A DNA stretch of 64,000 nt, taken from assembly GCA_017654855.1 (NCBI GenBank), contig CM030332.1, positions 248,001 to 312,000 on the forward strand, given 5' to 3'. The notes under the pieces are model-generated. The model had not been told where the DNA came from. It made no database searches and saw only the letters and a list, made by a program, of their open reading frames with translations. The stretch comes from Podospora anserina (taxonomy: Eukaryota). Of this stretch, positions 62,534 through 64,000 are shown piece after piece; position 1 is the first letter of the stretch, and each line of letters starts with the position of its first letter. The translations under genes were made by a program, and so were the position numbers.

Positions 62534-63378
62534 GGGACTTTTTGTGAAAGAGGAAAGAAGGGACACTGCAAACACTTGCTTACAGCGGTGGCCCGTTTGT
62601 TTTGTGCAGCGACACGTCAAGATTGTTGTGATCGCCAACCGGACCCTCAGCCGCCCGATCGTGGTGGACGTCATGGTGTCTGTGACATCGCGCCCCGATC
62701 CGATCCGTTTCCAGCTTCCTTTGTTAGCGCGGCACTGACCGCAGCGACACCTTGATGGCGGGAATTTTGGGGCCATCTGCTAAGACTGGCCCCTGAGCCA
62801 AATGCCAATTGATGGAAATAGGTAGGTAAACACTTCATTCAGACACCATGCACACTGGACGAGTCAAGGTAAAATGTAAGATCCGTATCTGTACCATAAC
62901 GAGCAACTTCTCCGTCACGGCTTTTTCGAGGCCTCTTGATTGATCTACGGCATGGGAGCTATCGAGGTAGCCCCAGACTCCCCAAATATCGAGTATGGAT
63001 TTGGTGAGCTTTTGCTGGCCGGGGGGGCAGTCACGCAAAAATCGAAGCGAGGAATAGGGGGCTTTCCGAGCGGGGCAGGAATAAGTGATCACGATGCCAG
63101 TGTATTTGTTCCGAGTAGATAATGTCCGTTGACGCCGTCGAGAGTTACCGGCAAAGCTGTATCTCTGCGAAAAAAAGAAAACGCATGATTCCCAAACCCA
63201 GCCGTCATCCCGCTGCCCGTCGTCCAAATCGTTCGTTGAAAAAGGCGTCCGGAAAGTTTTTAAAAAACGCACATCTGCCAGAAAGAATCCGTCAGCATTT
63301 CCGCCCGCCGCGATTGATGCTCCACAGCCCAGTCGTCCGACGTACCATCATCTCCTCCCAACAACCAGGATTCGTAAT

Positions 63379-63753
63379 TTATCTCTGGGCAGACCAGACG
63401 TTCTTGAGGAGACCGTCACGCTGAGCAAGTCTGTTCAGAGCATCGTCGCTCTCGCCCATGGCGCGAACGAAACCGGAGAGAGCATAGATGATGTTCTCGC
63501 CCTGGATGGCCCGGCCGTTCTCGTCGACCTTGGCGATGGTGATCTGGCAAGAACCGTGGTCCTTGGCCTTGATGATGCGGCCCGTCGCAGAGCACTTGCG
63601 GGGGACGTAACTGGAGTAGAGATTCCAAAGTCAGCACACAACCCACCACAACCGATCCATCCCTCGTCGCCGTCCGTCTCGTGGTCGTCGGGTTTTGCGG
63701 GAAAAGAAGGCGAGCGCTTACAGATCGACGATCTCTCCCTTGTCGTTCTCCAT
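63379..63753 (-). CDS. RPS21: 40S ribosomal protein S21 (eS21)
   Basis: [11 protein letters not shown] / [18 protein letters not shown]...[21 protein letters not shown]; intron 63611-63721. Confidence 0.97.
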
Positions 63754-64000
63754 GGCTGCGACTTGGTGATGAGTGCTGCGAAAAGACGGGTTTGGGTTGC
63801 TTTGCGGTGTCGGAGAGGGCAGGACTGGCAAAATTTCAAGAGTCTTGAATTTCGATCAGTTTTGGAGTGATTTGGTGGGTGCCGGGGTCTGTGGGCTTGT
63901 GTGCACAGACCAGAATCGACCCCACCACAGCTCACAAAAAGGAAGTGGACCGCAGGTTGGGCCCTCATGTGCCCAGTCAGGTGACGCCGCGCGGTCTTCG

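Overview
Intron-containing eukaryotic DNA from a filamentous ascomycete. Short GT-AG introns with CTRAC-like branch points, RIP-type mutation and the gene set point to Sordariales, probably Podospora-like (inference). About 23 intact protein-coding genes were reconstructed by hand splicing. They include a PEBP-family GPI protein, two PTH11-like membrane proteins, a GH11 xylanase, XLF/Nej1, a forkhead TF, cactin, RTC1/WDR24, an NAD(P)-binding protein, a CVNH lectin, UVRAG/Vps38, DJ-1/PfpI, a CPD photolyase and RPS21, plus tRNA-Thr(AGT). An accessory-looking island at ~36.4-43 kb holds two small secreted Cys-rich genes, a complete RIP-inactivated pogo/Fot1 transposon inserted at the putative TATA box of the CVNH gene, a probable solo LTR, an AT-rich tract and a DUF6604-like pseudogene. 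Other points of interest are an 8.7-kb apparently gene-free gap between two convergent genes, unusual AAG-acceptor introns around a micro-exon in the cactin gene, a GC-AG intron, and a tail-to-tail paralog pair with one decayed copy. I could not demonstrate a wholly new biological system. Family calls come from recognising motifs, not from database searches.
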